39,983 nt of DNA from Campylobacterota bacterium. Lineage in GTDB: Bacteria; Campylobacterota; Campylobacteria; Campylobacterales; Sulfurimonadaceae. Shown here piece after piece: positions 19,158 through 29,925 of the stretch. Below the pieces are notes generated by a model. It searched no databases. It was not told the origin of the DNA and saw nothing but the letters and a program-made list of their open reading frames with translations. Position 1 is the stretch's first letter. Each line of letters opens with the position of its first letter. The stretch lies in the NCBI GenBank assembly GCA_034717975.1, contig JAYEMF010000039.1, positions 12,757-52,739 on the forward strand, read 5' to 3'. The translations under genes were made by a program, and so were the position numbers.

Positions 19158-20621
19158 TTGCCAAACAATCAAAACTGCTACCTCCTGGACACTTCCGTTA
19201 TCCTTGACGACCCTGCCAACCTGCTTCGTATTTCCGAGCAGAACCAGAATCTTGTCGTGATCACCAACATCGTCCTCGCCGAGCTAAATAACAAAAAAGA
19301 TGATATGCGCTCGGAAGCGGGTTTTCGTGCCCGTGAATTTTTCCGTCTCGCCGACATCAGTCCCGGTGAGATGCTAACACGTTCAGAACTGCCGACAGCT
19401 CTTGAACACTGCGCTAAGATCGGGCATTGTGATACAGACAGCTACTATCATCTGCAGCTCACCTTTGACCGTGCGCTGCATGGTGAAGAGATCGTACCGG
19501 TTGACCTCTACATCGTCTTTCGTGAGAGCTATCGCGTCGTGCAAAATTTTCATGAACCGAAAGGACTTAATGACGCCAAGATCGCCGAGATCGCGAAAGA
19601 CTACAATCTAACACTCCTCACCAATGACATCTCCTTCAAGATCGCGGCACAGGTACAGCAGATCCCTTCCGAATCCATTCGCAATGCCAGTGTCGAACGA
19701 CCTGATGAGATCGAATTTTCCCACACTTACAGCTATCATGACACGCCTGAGATTCCAAAAGATATGGAGCACAGGGACTTTGAACAACTCACCTTCATTG
19801 AAGAGACACAAAGTGAAAACAACGAGATCTACGAAACCGGGATCCAGCGCTACGCCATCACCCATAACCATCAGCTTGAGTGGTGTGATTTCGACCGCCG
19901 TTTCGGTGAATTTTTTGATGACACCCTGATCCGTCCGCTCAACCTCGAGCAGAAGTTCTACTATACCATGCTCACCCATCCCCAGAATTACGTGACGGTT
20001 GTAGCCGGTTCAACCGGTTCGGGCAAAACACTCATGGCGCTTCAAGCCGGACTGGAACTCTATAATGAAGGGATCGTCGAAGGGATCGTCTATGCGAGGA
20101 ATACTGTCACCTCGACCGACCAGCCTTCCGAACTTGGCTTCCGTAAAGGGGATGAGGAGCAGAAACTGGGTTACTTTATGTATCCGCTCTACTCTGCCAT
20201 CAACTTTACCATTGAGCATCAGAACAAACACTCGATCGAGTCGCAGGTCGAATACACCGGCAACATCAACTCACCTAAACGCGAGAATGCCACCGAACTT
20301 TTTATGGCTAACAACAATATTGAAGTGATGGATATCGCCCATATGCGCGGAACCACCATCTCCCGTAAATTCGTTATCATCGATGAAGCACAAAATATGA
20401 CCGGTGCCACCCTCAAACTGATCGGAACCCGTATGGGCGATGAGACACGCCTGGTCATCATGGGTGATCCCAACCAGATCGACCACCCTTTCCTTTCCAA
20501 GCGCCGTAATGCCCTTGTTACCCTGCTCAATAAAGCACAACATAGTGATTTTCTCGCCGGTATCCAGCTGCGGCACACTATCCGAAGTGAAATTGCCAAC
20601 TGGTTCGACAAAAACTTCTAA
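19158..20621 (+). CDS. PIN-domain/PhoH ATPase fusion (PhoH2/YlaK-like)
   Basis: LLDTSVIL PIN; GSTGSGKT, MRGTT, DEAQN, GDPNQID; TTG start after AAGGA. Confidence 0.9.
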   Translation: MPNNQNCYLLDTSVILDDPANLLRISEQNQNLVVITNIVLAELNNKKDDMRSEAGFRAREFFRLADISPGEMLTRSELPTALEHCAKIGHCDTDSYYHLQLTFDRALHGEEIVPVDLYIVFRESYRVVQNFHEPKGLNDAKIAEIAKDYNLTLLTNDISFKIAAQVQQIPSESIRNASVERPDEIEFSHTYSYHDTPEIPKDMEHRDFEQLTFIEETQSENNEIYETGIQRYAITHNHQLEWCDFDRRFGEFFDDTLIRPLNLEQKFYYTMLTHPQNYVTVVAGSTGSGKTLMALQAGLELYNEGIVEGIVYARNTVTSTDQPSELGFRKGDEEQKLGYFMYPLYSAINFTIEHQNKHSIESQVEYTGNINSPKRENATELFMANNNIEVMDIAHMRGTTISRKFVIIDEAQNMTGATLKLIGTRMGDETRLVIMGDPNQIDHPFLSKRRNALVTLLNKAQHSDFLAGIQLRHTIRSEIANWFDKNF

Positions 20622-20631
20622 GGTGACACCT

Positions 20632-21225
20632 ATGTACCGATACCTTTTTATTTTACCTCTTTTCTTTCTACTTGTCGGCTGCGGCGAGGGGAGCAATCAG
20701 CGCCCCTATATCGCAGGACAAAAAACCAAACCTGTGGCCGGCTACAGGACAGGAACCGATCCGGCCGTAAAGATCGCTACTATTGAAGCCGAAAGCCGTA
20801 AAGAGGTCGCCACTATTCAGATGCAGCGAGATCTAGAACTCGAACGCATCAAAAAAGAGAGCAAGACCGAGGAGGTGACGGCGAAGAAAGAGATAGCCTT
20901 TAAAGAGCAGGACACTATTGAAAGACAAGAAGATAACATTAATAACAGGTATAACACCATCGTTATTATAGGATCACTCTTTTTACTTGTCGCCATGGGT
21001 CTGCTGGTCTACTTCCTTCTAAAACGCCGAGAAGATAAGCTTAAAATGCATGAGGATACTATTGAAAAAGAGATGACACTCAAAGAGAAAGAGCTGCAGG
21101 TTCAAATGGCTACGAAGATCCTCGACACCATCGCCAGCGGCACACTGGACAAAGAGGAAGAGCGCCGTCTTATCGAGACTTTTGAGAAGTCAAATAAAAG
21201 CCTGCCCTATAAAAAGAAATTTTAA
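20632..21225 (+). CDS. Lipoprotein-signal coiled-coil protein with an internal TM helix
   Basis: MYRYLFILPLFFLLVGC lipobox; second hydrophobic helix TIVIIGSLFLLVAMGLLVYFLL. Confidence 0.75.
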   Translation: MYRYLFILPLFFLLVGCGEGSNQRPYIAGQKTKPVAGYRTGTDPAVKIATIEAESRKEVATIQMQRDLELERIKKESKTEEVTAKKEIAFKEQDTIERQEDNINNRYNTIVIIGSLFLLVAMGLLVYFLLKRREDKLKMHEDTIEKEMTLKEKELQVQMATKILDTIASGTLDKEEERRLIETFEKSNKSLPYKKKF

Positions 21226-21280
21226 TATTAAAAAGTCTTATATTCATAAAACAATATAGATTAGATTTTAAAATTATAAT

Positions 21281-21410
21281 TTCAGCTTTCGCACATGCCG
21301 TCACCCCGGACTTGATCCGGGGTCCACAGCTGCAAGGTCTTAAACATAAAAACCACTAGATTCCGGGTCAAGCCCGGAATGACAGCCATTTTTCATATGC
21401 GAAAGTTGAG
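21281..21410. mobile_element. 130-bp MITE-like element carrying a palindrome pair
   Basis: 17-bp imperfect TIRs (14/17); flanking TTATAAT direct repeats 21274-21280 and 21411-21417. Confidence 0.7.
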
Positions 21411-21443
21411 TTATAATAACTTAACAGATGTTCGTGAAGATGA

Positions 21444-21561
21444 GTTATGTAGCGCAAACAGCGCGAGGGCTCCATGCCGAGTGGACCTCAGCGGTCGTGT
21501 GTTCAGTGCCATTGATAAGCACTGGATGAGCGTAGCAACAGGGGCTTTTGCTCCTGTTGCG
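21444..21561 (+). repeat. REP-like composite element, copy A
   Basis: GTTATGTAGC, a 31-bp module, then AGCGTA+hairpin; inverted homologue at 22600-22704. Confidence 0.65.
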
Positions 21562-21569
21562 TTTTCAAT

Positions 21570-22544
21570 TTAGATAGGCAAGACGCGGATATCCTGAGAA
21601 AGTTTCTCTTTGAGGGTTGACTCGATAGCGTAGAGTGTACCGGTCGTTGAGCTGGCACAACCGCTACAGGCACCAAGGTAGCGGATATAGACATCGATGT
21701 ATGGATCGGCATCTTTAATATCGATGACTTCCATATTTCCGCCATCCATAACAAGGAACTGACGGACACTCTCGTCGATTACGGCATCGATCGCTTTGAT
21801 ACGCTGAACAAGGGTCATACCTTTAAAGTCACCCTGACCGCCGGCATCGGCAGCCGCTTTCATCTTCTCTTCGTCCATCTCTCTGCGTGTATCCGCAAGG
21901 ATATCGACAAGGTACCATTCACGCTCTTCATGACCGCCAGGCTTGATACAGGATTTACAGAAACCGCCCGCTTTGGTGTAGTCTGTGATCTCTTCAACCG
22001 TTTTAAGGTCATTGATACGGATCACCTCCTGAAGTGTTTTCAAAGAGACACGGGCACATTCGCACACAATGATCTCATCTTCAAAACTCTCAGAATCAAC
22101 GCCCAGGTACATCCCTGCCGCTTTTTTAATAACGTCATAGGCCATAACCGAACAGTGCATCTTCTGAGGCGGAACTGCCGGAGTATCCGGATCGTCACGA
22201 AGGGCCATCTCGACATCGATGTTTGTGATCTTGACCGCGTCTTTTACCGTCTTGCCGATACAGAGCTCTGTCATAACATCCGAACTGGCGATCGCCGTAC
22301 CGCAACCGAAACTCTTGAACTTGGAGTTGACGATCTTGTCATCTTTTGGGTCTACCTCCCAGTAGAGACGGACCGCATCGCCACAGCTCTCGGCACCGAA
22401 ATCGGCAACGATCAGTTTGTTGCCGTGTGCATCTGCCTCTTCCTGCGTAATCTCACCCTGGTGCTGAGGGTTGTTCATCAATGTTGTTACTTTATCTGAG
22501 TAGGCGTCCCAGAGGGACTCGCCTAGCATATCATTCTTTGCCAT
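21570..22544 (-). CDS. nifU: Fe-S scaffold NifU
   Basis: CGDAVRL, FGCGTAIAS, KMHCS, CEC..CKSC, GACSGC. Confidence 0.96.
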   Translation of the reverse strand: MAKNDMLGESLWDAYSDKVTTLMNNPQHQGEITQEEADAHGNKLIVADFGAESCGDAVRLYWEVDPKDDKIVNSKFKSFGCGTAIASSDVMTELCIGKTVKDAVKITNIDVEMALRDDPDTPAVPPQKMHCSVMAYDVIKKAAGMYLGVDSESFEDEIIVCECARVSLKTLQEVIRINDLKTVEEITDYTKAGGFCKSCIKPGGHEEREWYLVDILADTRREMDEEKMKAAADAGGQGDFKGMTLVQRIKAIDAVIDESVRQFLVMDGGNMEVIDIKDADPYIDVYIRYLGACSGCASSTTGTLYAIESTLKEKLSQDIRVLPI

Positions 22545-22599
22545 TATCTGCTCCTTAATTTTATTTCATAAAATGAAGGGACCTTCACGTTTTCATCAC

Positions 22600-22778
22600 G
22601 GTATCCGAACAAAGTCCGGATACCTACGCTAACGCTGAGTTCCACTCGGCGTTGGGCCCTCGCACCCTTGGTGCTTTTTATTTCTCTTACTGATGCTACA
22701 TAACCACTCTGCTCTAAAAGGAGCAAGCTTTAGTGGCATAGCGCCCAGCGTAGCTACTTGGACTTCGTTCAAGTAGCG
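22600..22778. repeat. REP-like composite element, copy B, plus a third AGCGTA hairpin
   Basis: 22633-22663 is 27/31 identical to the reverse complement of 21463-21493; AGCGTA hairpins at 22630-22600 (-) and 22747-22777 (+). Confidence 0.65.
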
Positions 22779-22816
22779 TTTAAATCAAATAACTCTCCCG
22801 CTAAAATCCTTGGATT

Positions 22817-24118
<1,302 letters not shown>

Positions 24119-24139
24119 TTAGCTTATGCTTAAGCTTTT

Positions 24140-25474
24140 TTAAGGTTGAGGCTGGTTTAAGTTTTGAAGAGGAGACATCATAGTGATAAGAACGCTGCTT
24201 GCCTCCTCGAAAGTTGTACTGAAAGTGGCTCCCTGACTCAGAAACTGCTCCATCACCTCTTTTTTCTTGATGGCTTCATCGAGTTCCGGGTCACTCCCTT
24301 TAATGTAAGCACCAATGCGGATAAGCATCTCATTCTCTTTTAGCAGTGTATAGAGACGGCGAAATTTTCGGGCCGCCTCAAAGTGTTCGGAGGTAATGAT
24401 GTCATTCATCACCCGTGATGCGGAGTTCAATATATGTACCGGCGGGTAGATCCCAAAATCGGTCAACTCACGTGAGAGGACAATATGACCATCCAGGATC
24501 GATCGTGACTGGTCGGCGATGGGATCATTCATATCGTCTCCCTCGACCAAAATGGTAAAAAATGCGGTGATTGATCCGGTGCCTTTCTCTTTCCCGGCAC
24601 GCTCCATCAACTGCGGCAGGAGTGTCAGTGAGGAAGGAGGGTACCCTTTTGAGGTCGGCGGTTCACCCAGGGCAAGCCCGATCTCACGCTGTGCCATCGC
24701 AAAACGGGTCACCGAGTCCATCATAAAGAGCACATCGCGATTTTGCTCTTTGAAATACTCCGCCACACTCATCGCCGAAAAGGCACCATATTTACGCATC
24801 AATGGCGAGTCATCACTTGTCGCGACGATGATCACGGTGTTTTCAAGATTACCGCCAAGGTTTTTTTCGATAAACTCCGGCACTTCACGACCACGTTCAC
24901 CGATGAGTGCTACGACTTTAATGGGAGCGACAGAGCCTCGAACGATCATCCCCATCAAGGTTGATTTCCCGACGCCGCTTCCGGCAAAAATACCGAGTTT
25001 TTGACCTTTTCCACAGGTCAGCAGCCCGTCAATGGACTTCACCCCGACAGTGAAAATCTCATCGATCATCCCCCGATTCATCGCGGGAATAGGCTCTTTG
25101 AGGATGGGCGCCATTTTTCCTTCTCTGATAGGCCCTTTCCCATCAATAGGGCGCATAAACGGATCAACCACACGACCCAACAGAGCATCGCTGACAGGGA
25201 CCCTCATCCCGTTCTGATTCATATAGACCTTATCGCCCGAACGGAATCCCTCGATAAAGCTGAACGGGGTAATAAAGAAACGCAGTCCCTCGATCTCTGT
25301 CACCATCCCCAGTGTCTCATCCTCGCTCGTCTGTGACACAATACTCACCGTATCACCTATGCTGACATGCAGACCCTCGGCGATAATAACCGTAGCACTG
25401 ATCTTGCTGATCGTGCCAAACGGCGTTGTCAATGGTTTGGAGGCGATACGTTTTTTTAGGGATTTAAAAGGCAT
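24140..25474 (-). CDS. fliI: Flagellar export ATPase
   Basis: AGSGVGKST, LIGERGREV, DSVTRFAMAQREI, GEPP..GYPP. Confidence 0.96.
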   Translation of the reverse strand: MPFKSLKKRIASKPLTTPFGTISKISATVIIAEGLHVSIGDTVSIVSQTSEDETLGMVTEIEGLRFFITPFSFIEGFRSGDKVYMNQNGMRVPVSDALLGRVVDPFMRPIDGKGPIREGKMAPILKEPIPAMNRGMIDEIFTVGVKSIDGLLTCGKGQKLGIFAGSGVGKSTLMGMIVRGSVAPIKVVALIGERGREVPEFIEKNLGGNLENTVIIVATSDDSPLMRKYGAFSAMSVAEYFKEQNRDVLFMMDSVTRFAMAQREIGLALGEPPTSKGYPPSSLTLLPQLMERAGKEKGTGSITAFFTILVEGDDMNDPIADQSRSILDGHIVLSRELTDFGIYPPVHILNSASRVMNDIITSEHFEAARKFRRLYTLLKENEMLIRIGAYIKGSDPELDEAIKKKEVMEQFLSQGATFSTTFEEASSVLITMMSPLQNLNQPQP

Positions 25475-25479
25475 GATGG

Positions 25480-25560
25480 TTAATTCTTAATGTTTAATTT
25501 TGAATTTTCAATGAAGAGCATCAAATCATTAAAAATTAAAAATTTATAATTAATCATTAA
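25480..25560. repeat. Inverted arrays of degenerate heptamers
   Basis: 5x TTAATTT-like (25480-25514) facing 5x AAATTAA-like (25526-25560). Confidence 0.65.
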
Positions 25561-26141
25561 TAACGTGTGCCCGCCGGTGCATTGATCAGGTTGAAAAACT
25601 CCGAACGGGTCTTTTCATCACGTTTGAAAAGACCGCGAAGTGCACTTGATGTCGTTGTAGAATTGATCTTCTCGACACCGCGCATCTCCATACACATATG
25701 GCGTGCCTGGATGACGACAGCCACACCTTTTGGTCTGATCGTCTCGTTGATCGCTTCGGCAATCTGTTCGGTGAGCTGCTCCTGGATCTGCATACGTCGG
25801 GAAAAGACATCCACGACACGAGGAATTTTTGAGAGGCCGACCACTTTTCCATCCGGGATGTAGGCGACATGCGCACGGCCGATGATAGGCAGAAGATGGT
25901 GTTCACACGTTGAATAGAGTTCAATATCTTTGATCAGTACCATTTCATCGTTTGAGCTGGTAAAAAGTGCCGATTTTAAAATCTCTTTGGGATCATCCTG
26001 ATAACCGCCAAACATAAATTTATAGGCTTTAAAAACACGCTCCGGCGTCTTCACCAACCCTTCGCGGTCAGGATCTTCACCGACACTCTGCATCATCGTT
26101 CTTACCGCATTTTCAAAGGCGTTCTGATCATTCTCGCTCAC
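25557..26141 (-). CDS. folE: GTP cyclohydrolase I
   Basis: [35 protein letters not shown]. Confidence 0.97.
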   Translation of the reverse strand: MSENDQNAFENAVRTMMQSVGEDPDREGLVKTPERVFKAYKFMFGGYQDDPKEILKSALFTSSNDEMVLIKDIELYSTCEHHLLPIIGRAHVAYIPDGKVVGLSKIPRVVDVFSRRMQIQEQLTEQIAEAINETIRPKGVAVVIQARHMCMEMRGVEKINSTTTSSALRGLFKRDEKTRSEFFNLINAPAGTRY

Positions 26142-26299
26142 GCCGCACTCCTAATATTTTCTTTGTTTAAAACCTTACCACTACCTAGCTGATAATATCC
26201 TATTTAAACCTCCTTATAAAACTGTTAACAAGTTTTAGATAAAATTGCCCAAAATATAGTAAGCCCTGCTCATTACGAAGCAGAATAAAAAGGGACTAA

Positions 26300-27601
26300 A
26301 TGGACATCAAAATCAACAAAATCAACGGTGCCAACGCTGAGATCAGCGCGGCTATTACTCGCAACCAGATCGACACAAATATCGACAGAATCGCTAAACA
26401 ACTCTCTAAAACTGCCAACATCGCAGGTTTCCGTAAAGGCAAAGTGCCTACATCAGCTGTCAAAAAACAGTATGGTGACCGCCTCGTTCAAGATGCAGAA
26501 GCAGAAGCGCTTCGCGACCTGCTTGACAAAGGCCTTGAGATGATGGAGATCGCCAACGATGCACTGATCGGCGAACCTCAGATCGCCAAATTTGACAAAA
26601 CAGACGATATCATCGATGTAATGGTCAAAATTGCCATGCGTCCTGTGATCGAACTGGGTGAGTATACCGCGCTGGTAGATGCATTCGAAAAACCTGCCAT
26701 CAGTGACGAAGATGTTACAAAGCGTATCGAAGAGCTTGCAGATGCACAAGCACCATTCGTGACGATCGATGAAGACCGGGCGCTTGTTGAGGGTGACACA
26801 GCCGTCATCAACTTCGAAGGTTCTGTAGAGGGTGAAGTTTTCGAAGGCGGTACGGCCGAAGATTTTTCACTTCGTCTAGGCAGCGGCCAGTTCATCCCTG
26901 GTTTTGAAGAGCAGGTTATCGGTATGAAAAAAGATGAAGAGAAGACTATTGACGTTACTTTCCCTGAAGAGTACAACAGCGACAAACTGGCTGGCAAACC
27001 GGCTCAGTTTAAAGTCAAGGTCAACGCTATCCAGACCAAAGAAGCCGTCACTATCGATGATGAGCTTGCGAAGAAAATGCTTCCGGGTGAAGAGGATGCG
27101 GATGTCGCTATGCTTACTGAAAAAGTCAAAGAGCAGATGGAGACAGAAAAGCTTTCAAAACTCTACAATGATGACCTTAAGCCGGCACTGCTTGAGAAAT
27201 TTGTAACTACTTTCGCCTTTGATCTTCCGGAGTTCGTTGTCGAGCAAGAGATCGATATGGCACTGAACAAAAAAGCACAGGCTATGAGCGAAGATGAGAT
27301 CAATGAGCTCAAAGAAGACGCTGAAAAAGTCAAAGAGCTTCGCGAAACATTCCGTGACGATGCATCACGCAGCGTAAAAGCAACATTCATCATCGATGCA
27401 TTGGCAAAAGCTGAAGCGATCGCTGTTGAAGAGCAGGAAGTTATGCAGACCATCTACTTCGAAGCGATGCAGACGGGTCAGGATCCGGCTCAAGCCTATG
27501 AGCACTATAAAGAGTCAGGCTACCTGCCTGCTATCCAGATGGCGATGGTTGAAGACAAAGTCCTCAGCGCCCTTCTCAATGCAAAAATCAAAGAGGCGTA
27601 A
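26300..27601 (+). CDS. tig: Trigger factor
   Basis: GFRKGKVP and FIPGFEEQ; upstream of clpP. Confidence 0.97.
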   Translation: MDIKINKINGANAEISAAITRNQIDTNIDRIAKQLSKTANIAGFRKGKVPTSAVKKQYGDRLVQDAEAEALRDLLDKGLEMMEIANDALIGEPQIAKFDKTDDIIDVMVKIAMRPVIELGEYTALVDAFEKPAISDEDVTKRIEELADAQAPFVTIDEDRALVEGDTAVINFEGSVEGEVFEGGTAEDFSLRLGSGQFIPGFEEQVIGMKKDEEKTIDVTFPEEYNSDKLAGKPAQFKVKVNAIQTKEAVTIDDELAKKMLPGEEDADVAMLTEKVKEQMETEKLSKLYNDDLKPALLEKFVTTFAFDLPEFVVEQEIDMALNKKAQAMSEDEINELKEDAEKVKELRETFRDDASRSVKATFIIDALAKAEAIAVEEQEVMQTIYFEAMQTGQDPAQAYEHYKESGYLPAIQMAMVEDKVLSALLNAKIKEA

Positions 27602-28197
27602 TGAGCTACGTTCCTTACGTCATTGAGAAGACCGGTCGCGGCGAACGTTCCTACGATATCTACTCGCGTCTTCTCAAAGACCGTATCATCATGCTCAGCG
27701 GCGAAGTCAATGACGCTGTCGCTTCAAGCATCGTGGCGCAGATGCTCTTTTTGGAAGCGGAAGATCCTGAAAAAGATATCTACTTCTACATCAACTCACC
27801 CGGCGGCGTCATCACTGCCGGTATGGCGATCTACGATACGATGAACTATATCCGTCCCGATATCGTCACCATCTGTATCGGCCAGGCAGCTTCGATGGGC
27901 GCTTTTCTGTTAAGTTCAGGCTCAAAAGAGAAACGCTATGCCCTGCCGCATGCACGCATCATGATCCATCAGCCGCTTGGCGGCGCACAGGGTCAGGCAA
28001 CCGACATCGAAATCCAGGCCAAAGAGATCCTTCGTATGAAGGTGGAACTCAACAGAATTATTGCCACGCAGACCGGGCAGACGATCAAAAAAATAGAAAA
28101 AGATACCGACCGTGACTTCTTCATGAGTGCTGCAGAAGCCAAAGATTATGGTATCATTGATGAAGTTTTAATTCAGAGCCAGAAGAAAACAGATTAA
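27601..28197 (+). CDS. clpP: ClpP protease subunit
   Basis: [29 protein letters not shown]. Confidence 0.98.
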   Translation: MSYVPYVIEKTGRGERSYDIYSRLLKDRIIMLSGEVNDAVASSIVAQMLFLEAEDPEKDIYFYINSPGGVITAGMAIYDTMNYIRPDIVTICIGQAASMGAFLLSSGSKEKRYALPHARIMIHQPLGGAQGQATDIEIQAKEILRMKVELNRIIATQTGQTIKKIEKDTDRDFFMSAAEAKDYGIIDEVLIQSQKKTD

Positions 28198-28203
28198 AGG
28201 GAA

Positions 28204-29277
28204 ATGATGGGTGGATCGATCAGAAAACGTCGTGATCTAAGCGCTGTAGGTGATACTGCGGTAACTCCGGGTGTGCCTTCGAGCGGATTTGGAGAACCGG
28301 CGAGTGACCTTGAAGTGTATGCCAAAGAGGTGCTTGCCGCACTGATCAGCGACAACCTTCCGCCTACCCCAAACAACTTCTCCCTCTATTTCGACCGTAT
28401 CCTCGAAGATAAAAGCGAATCGCTTCGCAAACAGATCAACAATGTCCTGGAACTGGAAGAGGACAACGACGACGAACAGACGATCTCTCTGGAAAAAAAC
28501 CTTAAGCAGGGTTTCTCTTCCATTAAAAACATCCTTCAGGTCAGTGCCAACCTTTACAAGAACACCGCACTTATGACAAAGATCCTCGAGAAGCGCAAAG
28601 GGGAACTGGAAAACAATCCGGAGATGGAAGCCGCAGTAAAGGTCATCACAGCGCTAGAAACCGATGTTGATAAACTGAGTGGGATTCTCAAGAAACAGAA
28701 TGACCAGATGAAGACCCACTACGACAGTACGGCCAGCATTGTCAAATCTGTAGAGAGCACCACCATCTTTGATAATCAGTTTGGTGTCTACAACAAACGC
28801 TACCTGCTTAGCAAACTTGAACAAGAGCGCAGTCTTATCAAAGAGTTTAAACATAAAAGTTCTCTGGTCATGATCCGTCTGGCTGCCAATCTAAAAAATG
28901 AGATCAAGAACGATAAGGCGGCAATGCTGATGACACGTACCATCGCACGCCTGCTTTTAAAGACCTCCCGTCGAAGCGACCTGGTGGCACACTACGGCAA
29001 CGGAGTCTTCGCCATGGTGCTTAAGCACACAGATATTGCTAGTGCCGAAAGCGCTGGCAGCCGTCTATGTGACCTGGTCTCATCAAGCAACTTCTTCCTG
29101 GCCGAACAGGAGATCAAACTGCAGATATCCGTCGGTGTAAAAAATATCAATACAGAAGAGAGTGTCGAGTCTATCGTCGTTGCCACCCTGGATGCCATGG
29201 AAACAGCCGATAAAGATCCAGACAAAGACTTCGTCGTTAGCCGTGACAAAGAGCCTGAGGGAGAGCAAGAGTCATGA
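28204..29277 (+). CDS. Coiled-coil protein with degenerate GGDEF domain
   Basis: [12 protein letters not shown]-terminus; [16 protein letters not shown]-site; HYGNGVF in place of GGDEF. Confidence 0.8.
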   Translation: MMGGSIRKRRDLSAVGDTAVTPGVPSSGFGEPASDLEVYAKEVLAALISDNLPPTPNNFSLYFDRILEDKSESLRKQINNVLELEEDNDDEQTISLEKNLKQGFSSIKNILQVSANLYKNTALMTKILEKRKGELENNPEMEAAVKVITALETDVDKLSGILKKQNDQMKTHYDSTASIVKSVESTTIFDNQFGVYNKRYLLSKLEQERSLIKEFKHKSSLVMIRLAANLKNEIKNDKAAMLMTRTIARLLLKTSRRSDLVAHYGNGVFAMVLKHTDIASAESAGSRLCDLVSSSNFFLAEQEIKLQISVGVKNINTEESVESIVVATLDAMETADKDPDKDFVVSRDKEPEGEQES

Positions 29278-29795
29278 TACTCGATATCGTCACCTATCCC
29301 GACAAGGTTCTCAAGACCATCTCCACAGAGGTCGAATCTTTTGATGAATGCCTTCACGCCTTTCTAGACGACATGTATGACACTATGATCGCTTCGAACG
29401 GCATCGGTCTGGCAGCGATCCAGGTTGCCCGTCCAATTCGTGTCCTCATCATCAATCTTCCTGATGAAGAGGGCGAACAGCATAAAGAGGATCTGATCGA
29501 AATGATCAACCCCGTTCTCTCCCACAGCGAAGGGACAACCATCTATCAGGAGGGGTGCTTGAGTATTCCCGGATTCTATGAAGACGTAGAACGTTATGAG
29601 CATATAACCATCGCTTACAGTGACCGTCACGGGAATGAACATGTGTTAGAGAGTGACGGGCTCCTTAGCATTGCCATCCAGCATGAGATGGAGCACCTGG
29701 AGGGTCATCTATTTATCGAAAAACTCTCCTACATCCGTCGCAAAAAGTTTGAAAAAGAGTATAAAAAACGCGGCAAAACCAAAAAAAGTGCCTAA
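29274..29795 (+). CDS. def: Peptide deformylase
   Basis: [22 protein letters not shown]. Confidence 0.97.
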   Translation: MILDIVTYPDKVLKTISTEVESFDECLHAFLDDMYDTMIASNGIGLAAIQVARPIRVLIINLPDEEGEQHKEDLIEMINPVLSHSEGTTIYQEGCLSIPGFYEDVERYEHITIAYSDRHGNEHVLESDGLLSIAIQHEMEHLEGHLFIEKLSYIRRKKFEKEYKKRGKTKKSA

Positions 29796-29852
29796 AAGAC
29801 ACCTCCTGCTCTTTCTCCTTCCGACAAACATCTCCCCCTGATCTCCTGCTTT
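29781..29852 (-). ncRNA. Candidate GGA-rich small RNA
   Basis: TAGAAT -10 at 29864-29859, five GGA motifs, GTGTCT-TTT-AGGCAC stem followed by T7. Confidence 0.35.
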
Positions 29853-29925
29853 CAAGAAATTCTACATATTACCTGCCATTTAGCTTGCAGCTGTTATGAT
29901 TTTATCAAATTAATGTGAGATTGTA

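Noticed and set aside
21535..21566. Hairpin after nifU as a simple terminator only
   Set aside because: Its T-run is on the strand opposite nifU, and it shares the AGCGTA foot with two other hairpins, so it was treated as a REP-like unit.
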